A stretch of 64,000 nucleotides of DNA from Macrostomum lignano. Taxonomy: Eukaryota. Shown here piece after piece: positions 47,946 to 60,215 of the stretch. The position numbers were made by a program, and so were the translations under genes. The stretch spans positions 124,001 to 188,000 of the forward strand of contig NIVC01000667.1 of assembly GCA_002269645.1 (NCBI GenBank), read 5' to 3'. Within the stretch, counting starts at the first letter, position 1. Each line of letters starts with the position of its first letter. The notes beneath the pieces are model-generated. The model searched no databases. It saw only the letters and a program-made list of their open reading frames with translations, and was not told the DNA's origin.

Positions 47946-48501
47946 AGACTGTAGAGTCAGAGAGGGTATTTTAGGGTCAGAGAGAGTACTGCATATGAAA
48001 GTCACTGTAGTCAGAGAGGGTACTGCATATGAAAGTCACTGTGGTCAGAGAGGGTATTGCATATATGAAGGTCATAAAATATTAATATATTGTATTGTAT
48101 AATTGATTGTACATTGCTTTCCTCCCGCAGTCCAGTTGCCTCACTTAATACGCTCGTAGTCCATGAAAGCGAGAGGGGAACGAAACGGAATTGCCGGATC
48201 TGCGGTTGGCTGCGCAGACGCGGAATGCCATGGGAGGGAGGCCACCCAAACCCCGCACTGGGCTTCCCTCAGTCAGTTCAGCCAGCAGTCCCCGGTTCAA
48301 AGCTGATTCACATCACAGGATGAATCATTCTGAACGCAAGAAGTCCTTGGAAAGCCCAGCTAGCTGTACGGACAGCCACAGAGGGAAGCACTAGAAAGGG
48401 GATAAATAGGAGACAAAGGGGATAAATCTACATAATTCCTGAATCTAGACATTCTTGGCTCTGCTGTGCTCTCAACTCTTTGTTCCAGACAGGATCCAGC
48501 A

Positions 48502-49220
48502 ATGGCCGATCCCAATGCTGTTTTAGCGGATATCGGAGTTTTCAAACGCGAACAGATGAACCACGTTGAGGTGAGTTCTTGGCTCTTTATGAATTATAAA
48601 ATATTCGCCATGGACAAATGGCGACTCCTTTGCAAAAATGGCATACAAATGGCAAATGTGCCGGGTTCTCCTTACTCAAGACATTCACTTTTCCCCTATA
48701 GAATTAAGAATGACCTTCCTATCACCCTCAAAATGGCGCAGCTATTATCTAAAAATGGCACTCCTATTATCCACAAAATGGCACTCCTATTATCCACAAA
48801 ATTGCACTCCTATTATCCAAAAAATGGCACTCGTATCATCCTATTATCCACAAAATGGCACTCCTATTATCCACAAAATGGCACTCGTATCATCCTATTA
48901 TACACAAAATGGCACTCGTATCATCCTATTATCCACAAAATGGCACTCATATTATACACAAAATGGCACTCCTATTATACAAAATGGCACTCCTAATATG
49001 CCTCGCATTTCTGCCATGCCAGGTGGCCGAGAAGGTGGTTCTGCCCGACCGCGAGCAGGTCGAGTCGGAGAAGCGCGAGGCCAGCCTCCGTCAGGAGATT
49101 GAGAGCAGCTCTGATCGGCAGCTCAAACACGTGGAGGTGCAGGAGCGCTGCCGCCTCCCGGATGCTGAGCAGATCGCTCAGGAGAAAGCTGAGGCCGCCG
49201 CCGCAGCCGCCACCCACTGA
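48502..49220 (+). CDS. Two-repeat beta-thymosin/WH2 actin-binding protein (ciboulot/actobindin type), 2 exons, 88 aa
   Basis: Exons 48502-48570 (…NHVE|GTGAGT) and 49023-49220 (ccag|GTG), phase 0. Protein: MADPNAVLADIGVFKREQMNHVEVAEKVVLPDREQVESEKREASLRQEIESSSDRQLKHVEVQERCRLPDAEQIAQEKAEAAAAAATH. Two helix + (L/M)xHVE..E...LP..E.I..EK thymosin repeats. Confidence 0.9.
48750..48995. repeat. 23-bp degenerate minisatellite (AAAATGGCACTCCTATTATCCAC)n in thymosin intron
   Basis: Tandem units visible. Confidence 0.88.
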
Positions 49221-49729
49221 ACTTCGAAGTTCAAATCGAAATCGACTGAACCCGCTGATGGTCTCAAGGGCCTTACTGACAAACTTAGCTTATACGAGTA
49301 CGAGTGCAAATCACTTTTAAAGTTGCTCTAATCTTCCTAACCCACAACCCAGTTTTATTAATTTCTAATCAATATGGTTTAATTTCATAAATGTTTTGCT
49401 TTGAAAACTTAATTCTTAATTACGCTTCAAGCTTCTACTATTAGTAGTTTGTCTGCTAGTATTGTTCGAATTTTTATTTGTTTTTATCAACCAATTGTTA
49501 ATAATCGTGAATAAAGTAATGTGAGCATTGGTCCTTTTTAAATACAGCTTCTCCTAATAGTTTTGAACAATTTCTCGACGTGCGTTACTGTTAGTAGCGA
49601 GTGACGAATTCGAACTGATGACTTGCTTATTTTCAGAATTTAAATTTACTTCATTTTTCAGCGTTCGAGTTTCTCTTGCACGTGTCTCTCCGCACTTTAC
49701 TCTATCTAATCTCTGTCTTCGCTATCTAA

Positions 49730-50310
49730 TCTCCCTCTCCTCTATCATATCTCTCCTATATCTAATCTCTCTCCTCTATCTAATCTCACTCCTCTATCTA
49801 ATCTCTCTCCTCTATCTAATCTCTCTCTATCTAATCTCTCTCCTCTATCTAATCTCTCTCTATCTAATCTCTCTCCTCTATCTAATCTCTCTCCTCTATC
49901 TAATCTCTCTCCTCTATCTAATCTCTCTCCTCTATCTAATCTCTTTCCTCTATCTAATCTCTCTCCTCTATCTAATCTCTCTCCTCTATCTAATCTCTCT
50001 CCTCTATCTAATCTCTCTCCTCTATCTAATCTCTCTCCTCTATCTAATCTCTCTCCTCTATCTAATCTCTCTCCTCTATCTAATCTCTCTCCTCTATCTA
50101 ATCTCTCTCCTCTATCTAATCTCTCTCCTCTATCTAATCTCTCTCCTCTATCTAATCTCTCTCATCTATCTAATCTCTCTCATCTATCTAATCTCTCTCT
50201 TCTATCTAATCTCTATTCTCAATCAAATATCTCTCCTCTATCTAATCTCTACACTCGATCTAATCTCTCTCCTCAATCTAATGTCTCATCTAACCTCTCC
50301 TCTATCTAAT
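49730..50310. repeat. 18-bp pyrimidine-rich minisatellite (CTCCTCTATCTAATCTCT)n
   Basis: Tandem units visible; the LLYLIS ORF is an artefact. Confidence 0.96.
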
Positions 50311-50709
50311 TTCTATGCGCCGTCTCAAATCTTCTGTCTTGTCTTCTCTCTACTACTTTTGACCAATATCCGCTTTAACGTAAAATTGAGTTTAGTATAA
50401 TCCATTTAATCGCTCTTGGTTCCTCAAATTTAGTTAGTTTTTGAGTACATAGAGTTTTGGTCATCCTTCTTCAAATATTTATAAATTCCGGAGCTTTATT
50501 CGACCGTAGAAGTACTCGTACATCCAACAATTAAATTCCAACGAAGGAAACAGCTTTTTCTGACTCCCCTTCAGCTGTTCTCTCTGGTCGATTTTTCTCC
50601 TTCAATCGACTTTGTTGAGCTTTCAATTGATTTTACGACTGAATCAAATTTGCTCTGTTTTTTTAATTATGGATTAGAATGGACGGAGCTGCGGTTCTGT
50701 ACATGTGCG

Positions 50710-51330
50710 AGAAGGGCGGAAGGAGGGCGGAAGAAAGGGCGGAAGGAGGGCGGAACGAGGGCGGAAGAAGGGCGGAAGAAGGGCGGAAGGAGGGCAGAAG
50801 GAAAAAGCGGATGAAGGGCGAAGGGAAGGCGGAAGGAGGGCGGAAGTAAGGCGGAAGGAGGGTGGGAGGAGGTTGGAAAGAGAGCGGAAGGAGGGCGGAA
50901 GGGAAGAGCGGAACGAGGGCATAAAGGAAGAGCGAAAGGAGCTGAAGGAGGGCAGAAGGGAAGAGCGGAAGGAGCTGAAGGAGGGCAGAAGGGAAGAGCG
51001 GAAGGAGAGCGGAAGGAGAGCGGAAGGAGGGTGGAAGGGAAGAGCGGAAGGAGAGCGGAAGGAGAGCGGAAGGAGAGCGGAAGGAGGGCGGAAGGGAAGA
51101 GCGGAAGGAGGGTGGAAGGGAAGAGCGGAAGGAGGGCGGAAAGGAAGAGCGGAAGGAGGGCGGAAAGGAAGAGCGGAAGGAGGGCGGAAAGGAAGAGCGG
51201 AAGGAGGGCGGAAAGGAAGAGCGGAAGGAGGGCGGAAGGGAAGAACGGAAGGAGGGCGGAAGGGAAGAGCGGAACGAGGGCAGAAGGAGTGCTGAAATCG
51301 GGCGGAGGAAGGGCGGACGGAAGGGCGGAA
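50710..51330. repeat. Purine-rich ~24-bp minisatellite (GGAAGGAGGGCGGAAAGGAAGAGC)n
   Basis: Tandem units directly downstream of the minus-strand donor at 51360. Confidence 0.9.
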
Positions 51331-51360
51331 GGCCAGGCTCAGAAGCTGATCAGCACTCAC

Positions 51361-51501
51361 CGGCAGTCGGATGGGTACCACCGAGTAATCTCCGGACCGG
51401 TGCAGCAGACGGTCAATTGGAAAATCGTAAGCGCTCACGGCCGCCGCAGCCGCCGCAGCCACGGCGGATGAGCCTTGCTGCTGCTGCTGCTGCTGCTGCA
51501 T
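51361..51501 (-). CDS. Coding first exon (47 codons); candidate alternative first exon of the Cas gene
   Basis: Start context GAAGCCACATG; reads MQQQQQQQQGSSAVAAAAAAAVSAYDFPIDRLLHRSGDYSVVPIRLP; strong phase-0 donor CCG|GTGAGT. It is compatible with the phase-0 SH3 exon acceptor at 44023. The link to Cas is inferred. Confidence 0.5.
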
Positions 51502-51955
51502 GTGGCTTCAGCTGACTTTTAGAAGAAGCAAAAACCGACCTCGTTCATTTTCGGACAACAAGCGAGTAAAAATGTTTATCAGAGTTTATAAATTGGTTAT
51601 AACAAACCAACCATTGTCATTGTGGTTAAACTGAAGTTGGGAAGACAGCTATTGAAGAGTGGGGGAGATTAAAAAAACTTTTCTGGCGGTTCAATCAAAC
51701 AGCCGCCTCAACTATATAAGCTAACTAAAGAGAGGGAAAGAACTCTTGCTCTATATTGAACAGGCAGACACTGAGACCGGGAGGGCACGCCAGCCCGAGG
51801 ATAGATGTACATGTGCAATAATACTGTGCTGCGCCGCCTGTGTGTGCAGGCTTGCAGGAATTCCGTCCGTCTCGCCTTCTCCTTCCCTCTCCCCATCCAA
51901 TGCCTCTCTGACCCGCTGCAGTTCTAACTGGAACCAGAACCTCAATCCCCTCTGA

Positions 51956-52077
<122 letters not shown>

Positions 52078-52139
52078 AATGCAGCATAGAAACGAACCAC
52101 TAAAATAATAGCAACTGGATTGCAGTGACATCAACGAGA

Positions 52140-52858
52140 AAAGAAGCAAGGGATCGAGAAGCAGTGAGAGAAACAGGGAGAGAAGCTGGGAGAAAAGCAG
52201 AGAGAGAAGCAGGGAGAGAGAAGCAGGGAGAGAGAAGCAGGGAGAGAGAAGCAGGGAGAGAAGCAGGGAGAGAAGCAGAGAGGGAAGCAGGGAAAGAGAA
52301 GCAGGGAGAGAGAAGCAGGGAGAGAGAAGCAGGGAGAGAAGCAGGGAGAGAGGCAGAGAGAGAAGCAGGGAAAGAGAAGCAGGGAGAGAGAAGCAGGGAG
52401 AGAGGCAGAGAGAGAAGCAGGGAAAGAGAAGCAGGGAGAGAGAAGCAGGGAGAGAGAAGCAGGGAGAGAAGCAGGGAGAGAAGCAGAGAGAGAAGCAGGG
52501 AAAGAGAAGCAGGGAGAGAGAAGCAGGGCGAGAGAAGCAGGGAGAGAGAAGCAGGGAGAGAAGCAGGGAGAGAGGCAGAGAGAGAAGCAGGGAAAGAGAA
52601 GCAGGGAGAGAGAAGCAGGGAGAGAGAAGCAGGGAGAGAAGCAGGGAGAGAAGCAGAGAGAGAAGCAGGGAAAGAGAAGCAGGGAGAGAGAAGCAGGGAG
52701 AGAGAAGCAGGGAGGGAAGCAGGGAGAAAAGCAGAGAGAGAGAAGCAGGGAGAGAAGCAGGGAGAGAATAAGTGAGAGAAGCAGGGAGAGAATAAGTGAG
52801 AGAAGCAGGGAGAGAATAAGTGAGAGAAGCAGGGAGAGAATAAGTGAGAGAAGCAGGT
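52140..52858. repeat. 12-14-bp purine-rich minisatellite (AGAAGCAGGGAG)n
   Basis: Tandem units visible. Confidence 0.94.
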
Positions 52859-53645
52859 AGAAAAAAACGCAGTGTCTCTTACTCAAATCTAAGGCAGTAG
52901 CAGGTAACAGGTCTAGAATGCCAGAAGTTTTTGGACCGATTTCAAGGTCGATGAACTCATAGAGGTTTGTTCGACCCGAGGCACTACATGCATTGGAGTT
53001 CAAGAGAAAGGAGGCAAGATCGCTGGCTAGTTTACCAAGAAACAAAAATTTGTCAAAGCGATTCTCAAGACGCAGCATTGAGCATTCTTCAAGATCGCCT
53101 GTAGACAGACATGCTTCAAAGCAGACATTTAAACTCATCGTGTGCTATGACGCCCCTCCAATCCAGGTATCTAATTTTAGAAGTCCTTATAGCCTGTTAG
53201 CTCCATGGCCACTAGCATTGCACTAATAATCCCTACTACTGAGGGGTTGGATTTGGGGAAAGAGGAGTTGGAGAGGAGATTATCGGGGAAATGGGCGTAG
53301 CCTACCCGCCCAGAAAGGGGTGGATTGAATGTACATTGTGACTGTACACCGCTGGGATCTAGACTTTGCAGTTTTCGGGGCAGGGAGAGGCCAATGTGTT
53401 GCTTCAATAGAATATGAAATTTTCACTCGAGACTGATTTTTGTCCAGAATATTTTAGCGTGTGAGTGTGCTCTGGTTTGGGATTATTAGCATTCTACGTG
53501 AGAGTGAGCCCACCTGAGCAGGAAATTTGAACTGGTGCGGTCGGATTTGTTTAAATTTCATTACTTTTTATGGCTTCCAGAGTGAAGTAAGGTATTAACT
53601 ATACTTCCTTGTAGTGCAAAGTGTGTTTCAGAGATTAGGTGATAG

Positions 53646-54906
53646 GCAGAGAAGCAGGGAGAGAAGCAAGGAGAAAAGCAGGAAGAGAAGCAGGGAGAGA
53701 AGCAGAGTGAGAAGCAGGGAGAGAAAAAAGGAGAAAAGCAGGGTGAGAAGCAGGGAGAGAAGCAGGGTGAGAAGCAAGGAGAGAAGCAGGGAGAGAAGCA
53801 AGGAGAAAAGCAGGGAGAGAAGCAAGGAGAAAAGCAGGGAGAGAATCAGGGTGAGAAGCAGGGAGAGAAGCAAGGAGAAAAGCAGGGAGAGAAGCAAGGA
53901 GAAAAGCTGGGAGAGAAGCAGGGTGAGAAGTAGGGAGAGAAGCAGGGAGAGAAGTAGGGAGAGAAGCAGGGAGTGAAAGCAAGGAGAAAAGCAGGGAGAG
54001 AAGCAGGGAGAGAGAAGCAGAGAGAGAAGTAGGGAGAGAAGCAGGGAAAGAAGCAGGGTGAGAAGCAGAGAGAGAAGCAAGGAGAAAAGCAGGGAGAGAA
54101 GCAAGGAGAAAAGCAGGGAGAGAAGCAAGGAGAAAAGCAGGGAGAGAAGCAAGGAGAAAAGCAGGGAGAGAAGCAGGGAGAGAAGCAGGGAGAGAAGCAA
54201 GGAGAAAAGCAGGGAGAGAAGCAAGGAGAAAAGCAGGGAGAGAAGCAGGGTGAGAAGCAGGGAGAAAAGCAGGGAGAGAAGCAGGGAGAAAAGCAGGGAG
54301 AGAAGCAGGGAGAAAAGCAGGGAGAGAAGCAGGGAGTGAAAGCAAGGAGAAAAGCAGGGAGAGAGAAGCAGGGAGAGAAGCAGGGAGAAAAGCAGGGAGA
54401 GAAGCAGGGAGTGAAAGCAAGGAGAAAAGCAGGGAGAGAGAAGCAGGGAGAGAAGCAGGGAGAAAAGCAAGGAGAAAAGCAGGGGGAGAAGAAAGGAGAA
54501 AAGCAGGGAGAGAGAAGCAGGGAGAGAAGCAGGGAGAGAAGTTGGGTGAGAAGCAGGGAGTGAAAGCAAGGAGAAAAGCAGGGAGAGAAGTTGGGTGAGA
54601 AGCAGGGAGTGAAAGCAAGGAGAAAAGCAGGGAGAGAGAAGCAGAGTGAGAAGCAGGGAGAGAAGCAGGGAGAGAAGAAAGGAGAAAAGCAGGGAGAAAA
54701 GCAGGGAGAGAAGCAGGGAGTGAAAGCAAGGAGAAAAGCAGGGAGAGAAGCAGAGAGAGAAGTTGGGTGAGAAGCAGGGAGTGAAAGCAAGGAGAAAAGC
54801 AGGGAGAGAAGCAGGGAGTGAAAGCAAGGAGAAAAGCAGGGAGAGAAGCAGAGAGAGAAGTTGGGTGAGAAGCAGGGAGTGAAAGCAAGGAGAAAAGCAG
54901 GGAGAG
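53646..54906. repeat. 12-bp purine-rich minisatellite (AGAAGCAGGGAG)n, same family as 52140-52858
   Basis: Tandem units visible; ORFs 53614..55032 are artefacts. Confidence 0.95.
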
Positions 54907-55744
54907 ATATAAGTTTAGAGTAATAATGGGGGCATTAGAAAAAGATAAATTTTCAGTGGAATCAGTTTGATAAACGTCAGTAGATTTATGGCTGGTAAAT
55001 CGCTGCCCCAGTGCTGTCGAAATGATTGCCAACTCATTTCAGCCCAACCCCTTTGAGCAGCGCAGAGCTGCCCCCCCCCCCCCTAGTATTAATCTTATTG
55101 AAGGCTGAAGGAAAAAGTGAGAGAGAGAGCGCGCTCACCTTGCCTAGTGATAATGCCTTTGGATCAATTTTCTTTCTTGAGAGATTTATGCCCCGTATAC
55201 CATTCACCCGAAAGCCGCCCAGAGCAGAAATTTTTTGTTACAATTTTTTGTGCATTGTAACAAAATACTATACGCGTTCTGTTTGCTGTCTATGCGCGAA
55301 GCAAAATAATAGAAGAGATTAGAGTGCATGTGCTGGGCGTGTACATGGCGTAAAACATATAGAAAATGCCTCAACTGTTTAATATGAATATATTCTTTCT
55401 GGGTAGAGGCTGGCACTAATGCTATCTCTGCTTTCTTTTTTTAGACACTCATCTTTATTTCTGCATCTCTTATTCCTGAGAAATTGTTGCTTGAAGTGGA
55501 AAGAGAGCCTTCAATGCAGTTTTGGAAAATAAATCTTTCAGTGCATGCCCGAGATGAAAATTGCGATTTCTTTTTGTCCGGAGTGACTGACTTGCTGTGG
55601 AACACTATAATGTACATGTATATAGCCTTTTGATAATGTTATTTAATATGATAAATCTATTCAGTAAATTGAAAATGTTCTTTTTGATAGGAATCCAGTT
55701 TGGCCTAGTTTAATGAAACGGTGATAGGGAGGCTGAAGGCAGGG

Positions 55745-56375
55745 TAGTAGTGAAGGGAAGTAGGGTAGCTAGTGAAGGGAAGTAGGGTAGCTAGTGAAGG
55801 GAAGTAGGGTAGCTAGTGAAGGGAAGTGGGGTAGCTAGTGAAGGGAAGTAGGGTAGCTAGTGAAGGGAAGTAGGGTAGCTAGTGAAGGGAAGTAGGGTAG
55901 CTAGTGAAGGGAATTAGGGTAGCTAGTGAAGAGAAGTAGGGTAGCTATGAAGGGATATAGGGTAGCTAGTGAATGGAATTAGGGTAGCTAGTGAAGGGAA
56001 GTAAGGGTAGCTATGAAGGAAATTAGGGTAGCTAGTGAAGGTAAGTAAGGGTAGCTAGTGAAGGGAATTAGGGTAGCTAGTGAAGGGAAGTAAGGGTAGC
56101 TATGAAGGAAATTAGGGTAGCTAGTGAAGGGAAGTAGGGTAGCTAGTGAAGGGAATTAGGGTAGCTAGTGAAGAGAAGTAGGGTAGCTATGAAGGGATAT
56201 AGGGTAGCTAGTGAATGGAATTAGGGTAGCTAGTGAAGGGAAGTAGGGTAGCTATGAAGGAAATCAGGGTAGCTAGTGAAGGGAAGTAAGGGTAGCTATG
56301 AAGGGAATTAGGGTAGCTAGCTAGAGTAGCTAATTGAGGCAAGTAGGGTAGCTAGTAGTATTGTACTGCACATGT
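55745..56375. repeat. 22-bp minisatellite (AGGGTAGCTAGTGAAGGGAAGT)n
   Basis: Tandem units visible. Confidence 0.95.
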
Positions 56376-59149
56376 ACGTTGAAGGGAGGAATGGTAGATA
56401 GTGAGGTGATTGAGCGGGGTAGCTCGAAGTTAGCTGTAGCTATTCAGGGAGTGACTTCCAATAAATATATAATTAAATTGACAAGTGACACTCGAGCTGT
56501 ACCAAAAATAAATCGGAAATTAAATATGTGGATATAAATACAAGCAGATCTACATATTTTTCGTTGCAGTTTTGAAAAAATACTCTCAAAGATCAAAGAC
56601 CATTTCAAGCTACATATTTTTTCAGTAATAGAATTACAGTATATGCGGGCTTTCACTTGTTGAAGTTGACAATCAAATAATTGCGAAGTCCTTATTTTTA
56701 AAGGACTTTCTGAACTTTTCTTAAATTTCTGACAGGCCACATCAGTTTATGCAAATGCGCAATTTCCGTATTTGTTGCAGCTCTAGTCAGACGTGAAGTT
56801 ATAAGCCATTAGAAATGGAAAATAATAGACGTTTGATCGATGATTAATTACAGTGTTTCCCATTAAATTCTATACATGTAGTCATCGTGTTTTCTGATTA
56901 TAATCAAATATCTATTTTTAGAACAAGAGAAAATTGTTGTGGTCCTCAAAAATAACAAACTCAAAGTTCTTAAAGTTTTTGCCTCTGAAATCGCTTCCAT
57001 ATGATGTGGCACATGGGTTAGAATAAATTTATTATGCGCCAATGCGTCGAGCCCGGACGTCGATGGATCGAATTTTTAGTTTGAATTTTTAGCTTCTTTG
57101 AAATTCGCTTACGATTAATTTTAAAAGAGTTAAAATAACAAACTCTTTCTTTTTCGGCGAAATCCAGAACTGAAAAAATCCAAAATCATGTAGCTTGAAG
57201 TGGTTTATAAAACTTTAATAATGCTTTGAAGCATTATTTATACTACAATTTATTTGGATATAATAAAGTTTGAAAAAATTTAACATCACAAAACGTGAGA
57301 TCCAATTTATATCGTACCTGCTGGCTGACAGTCTGACAGAAACAATAAAGATTGGACTGATTTGTGTTGACGTAATTAGGACCTGCAACTGGGCCGTAAT
57401 ATAATTTTGTTTCGAATTAAATATTTGTTTTCTTAAGAACACTATTGAATTATGTCATGATATTACTTTTTATATCTGACTGTATCCATTTACAATTTGC
57501 AAACCCCATTTGGCATATTTGTAGAAATTACATCCTATCCAATTAAAATGGCAATGAAAAAGTACAGTTCATTAGTTCATACCTTTTGTATTTTAATCAT
57601 AACTTAAAAGGTCTTAAGCTGATTAGCTGGCAGTGAAAATACTGGCAACAACTGATCTTTATAGCCTTACTAAGCTTAATTATATGTTTTAAACTGGTTT
57701 TATCTCAGTCTCTATGTGACAAACATATTTTCTAAGAAATATGAATTGGGTGTTTGGATTAAGGATTGTTTTATAATGATATCTTGTTTAGTTTAGTAGG
57801 CTGAGGCTCTAGCTTGATTCTATACTTAAAGTTATTTTTAAAAAATTCAAGGTCAATACATTTGGCCCAATAACATCTATTTCATGCCAATGAAATAAAA
57901 TTATGAGCTACTAACTTTTTGGCTAGCCAAAGAATAGCCAAATTTAAATAATATAATAATTTTTAATTGTCTAAATAGTATTATAACTAGTATAAGACTT
58001 TGTGAGTATGATATAATATAACTTTTAATGCATTTATTTCTAGATTGAAAAATTTATTTGTTTTAATGATATATATAGTGATATATAGAAGACTATCATA
58101 AATGCTTCATAAACTCAATGATAATTATTATAAAAGCCCTGCTAGTAGCTTTGAGGGCCCTACCCTCTACCCCCTTGGTTTTGATAGCCTTGCCCCCTTG
58201 CCAATGGCTTTGATGGCCCTCCCCCCTTACCCCCTTTGGCTTTAAGGGTTCTTCCCCAATTTAAATCTTCCAATCTTCTACAGTTAAAATTTGTTGCCAA
58301 ATTTGTAGCAAGAATGAACCAATTTAAGCACCGACACTCAAATAAAAGACTCCAGGCTCAGGGGAAATATTTGTGATTTTGATGCTGTCTATTAGAATGG
58401 CTTGCAGACTAGATGTACACTTGCAAATAAGGAGATTTAAGATTTTATTTTTGAATACATTACTGTTTTCTAGATTTTTTGTATTTGCATAAGTAAGTTA
58501 CTTCTAGTAGTAGGTCGCTACCACCACTGCAAAGTTGCAGAAAAGAATTTATTTTGGCTCAATTAGAATGAGTTATAGTCCAGAAATCTTATTTAGTTAC
58601 ATTACATACCAAGTTTTGCCTCTAAGAAAAATGAGAAGGTTTAAATACTGTCTGAAGCAACGATCGGCAAACTTTTTTGCTTGAAGGGCCAGACAAAGAT
58701 ACCAGCTCATGGCTTCGGGTCAGATGAGAGAGGAAAGGAGAAGGAATAGAGGAGACAGGAGAGGGAATAGCTGAGAGATGAAATAAGTGAGAAAAGGTGA
58801 GAGATATGATGACATATGGAATGAGAAGAGATGAGAGATGAAAAGAAAGAGGAAAGAAGGGGAGAAGAGAGGAGATAAGAGAGCTGAGAAGAGACAAACC
58901 TTGAGCAGGCGGGCTATTGTGAAGTTTTTAGCCGGATAGAGAGGCTACGCGGGCTAGAGTTTACCTACACTTGGTCTAAAGAGCTCCATTCTAGCAAGCA
59001 CTGAGGGAAATTGCCTTAGGTAAAATATGTATTTCTAAACGCTATGAAAACTTTAATACACTGCTAGTTAAAATTACCCAATCTTGAATAGCTCCTATAA
59101 CGCAGTTGATATTGAAATTGCAGCAATTTTTATTTTCCACTTCCAAACA

Positions 59150-59464
59150 ATGCCGGAATACCAGGTGCTCCGCTGTGTGCAGTGCAGCGCATTCCAGGTG
59201 CACCAGTGCAAACAGGCAGCCGCCAAGCGTTGGCAGTGCAGTCTGTGCGGACTCAAGCAGTCCTATTTGCGAGTCTATGCTCAGGGCGCGGCGAAGGCTT
59301 GTCGCGAGGCTGCTCAATCGTTTAACATGCGCAGAGGAGAGGCTGAACAGGCAGCTGCTCAGGAGGAGGCTGATTATGCTCACACTGATGAAGCTCAGAG
59401 TCAGCAGCAGCAATCGGAGAAGCCGCAACAGGATTCGAAAATTGATTGGAATGTTTTTCTGTGA
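59150..59464 (+). CDS. MRNIP: MRN complex-interacting protein (C5orf45/UPF0544), single exon, 104 aa
   Basis: MPEYQVLRCVQCSAFQVHQCKQ...RWQCSLCGLKQSYLRVYAQGAAKACREAAQSFNMRRG...SKIDWNVFL. It matches the MRNIP N-terminal pattern VLRCxxC..FQ.HQ.K....W.C..CG.KQS....Y..G...CR...Q..N and the later W..(F/Y)L motif. Confidence 0.88.
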   Translation: MPEYQVLRCVQCSAFQVHQCKQAAAKRWQCSLCGLKQSYLRVYAQGAAKACREAAQSFNMRRGEAEQAAAQEEADYAHTDEAQSQQQQSEKPQQDSKIDWNVFL

Positions 59465-59744
59465 AAAAATGATGGACTTTTTAATCTTCTTTTCCTGAAC
59501 ATTCTGTCATTAGTAGTATTTTTAGTAGTAGTAGTATAATCAGTGGCGCTTTTTCAATAAATATATTACAGGTAATTGCTCATCAATTTGTTTCAAATTC
59601 AAGACAAGCAGTTTCTTGTAAAAAATAGTCACACTTTAGATGATTTATTTAAGCTGTTCAAAAAATTCGAAAAATAACACTCCTTCAGAGTCTATAATCT
59701 GTTCCTTAAGCTCTGATTCCGCAACATCGGATTTGCATCTGTAG

Positions 59745-60215
59745 GCTCTGCAATCCACTCTTCAGTATCTGCAGCCCTTTCTTTAGACTCTGTTGGGTCT
59801 GTAACCCACTCTTCAGGCTTTGTTGGGTCTGTAACCCACTCTTCAGGCTTTGTTGGGTCTGTAACCCGCTCTTCAGACTCTGTAGGGTCTGCAACCCACT
59901 CTTCAGACTCTGTTGGGTCTGCAACCCGCTCTTCAGACTCTGTTGGGTCTGTAACCCACTCTTCAGACTCTGTTGGGTCTGCAACCCACTCTTCAGACTC
60001 TGTAGGGTCTGTAACCCACTCTTCAGACTTTGTAGGGTCTGCAACCCGCTCTTCAGACTCTGTTGGGTCTGCAACCCGCTCTTCAGACTCTGTAGGGTCT
60101 GCAACCCACTCTTTAAGCTTTGTAGGGTCTGCAACCCGCTCTTTAAGCTCTGTAGGGTCTGCAACCCGCTTTTTAAGCCCTGTGGGATCTGTAAACCACT
60201 CTTCAGGGTCGGTTG
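59745..60215. repeat. 30-bp minisatellite (CTCTTCAGACTCTGTTGGGTCTGCAACCCG)n
   Basis: Tandem units visible; the LQTQQSLKSG ORF is an artefact. Confidence 0.95.

Noticed and set aside
53614-55032. RS-rich ORFs (RSRERSKEKS) resembling SR proteins
   Set aside because: Translations of a 12-bp repeat, with no RRM or splice-supported exons.
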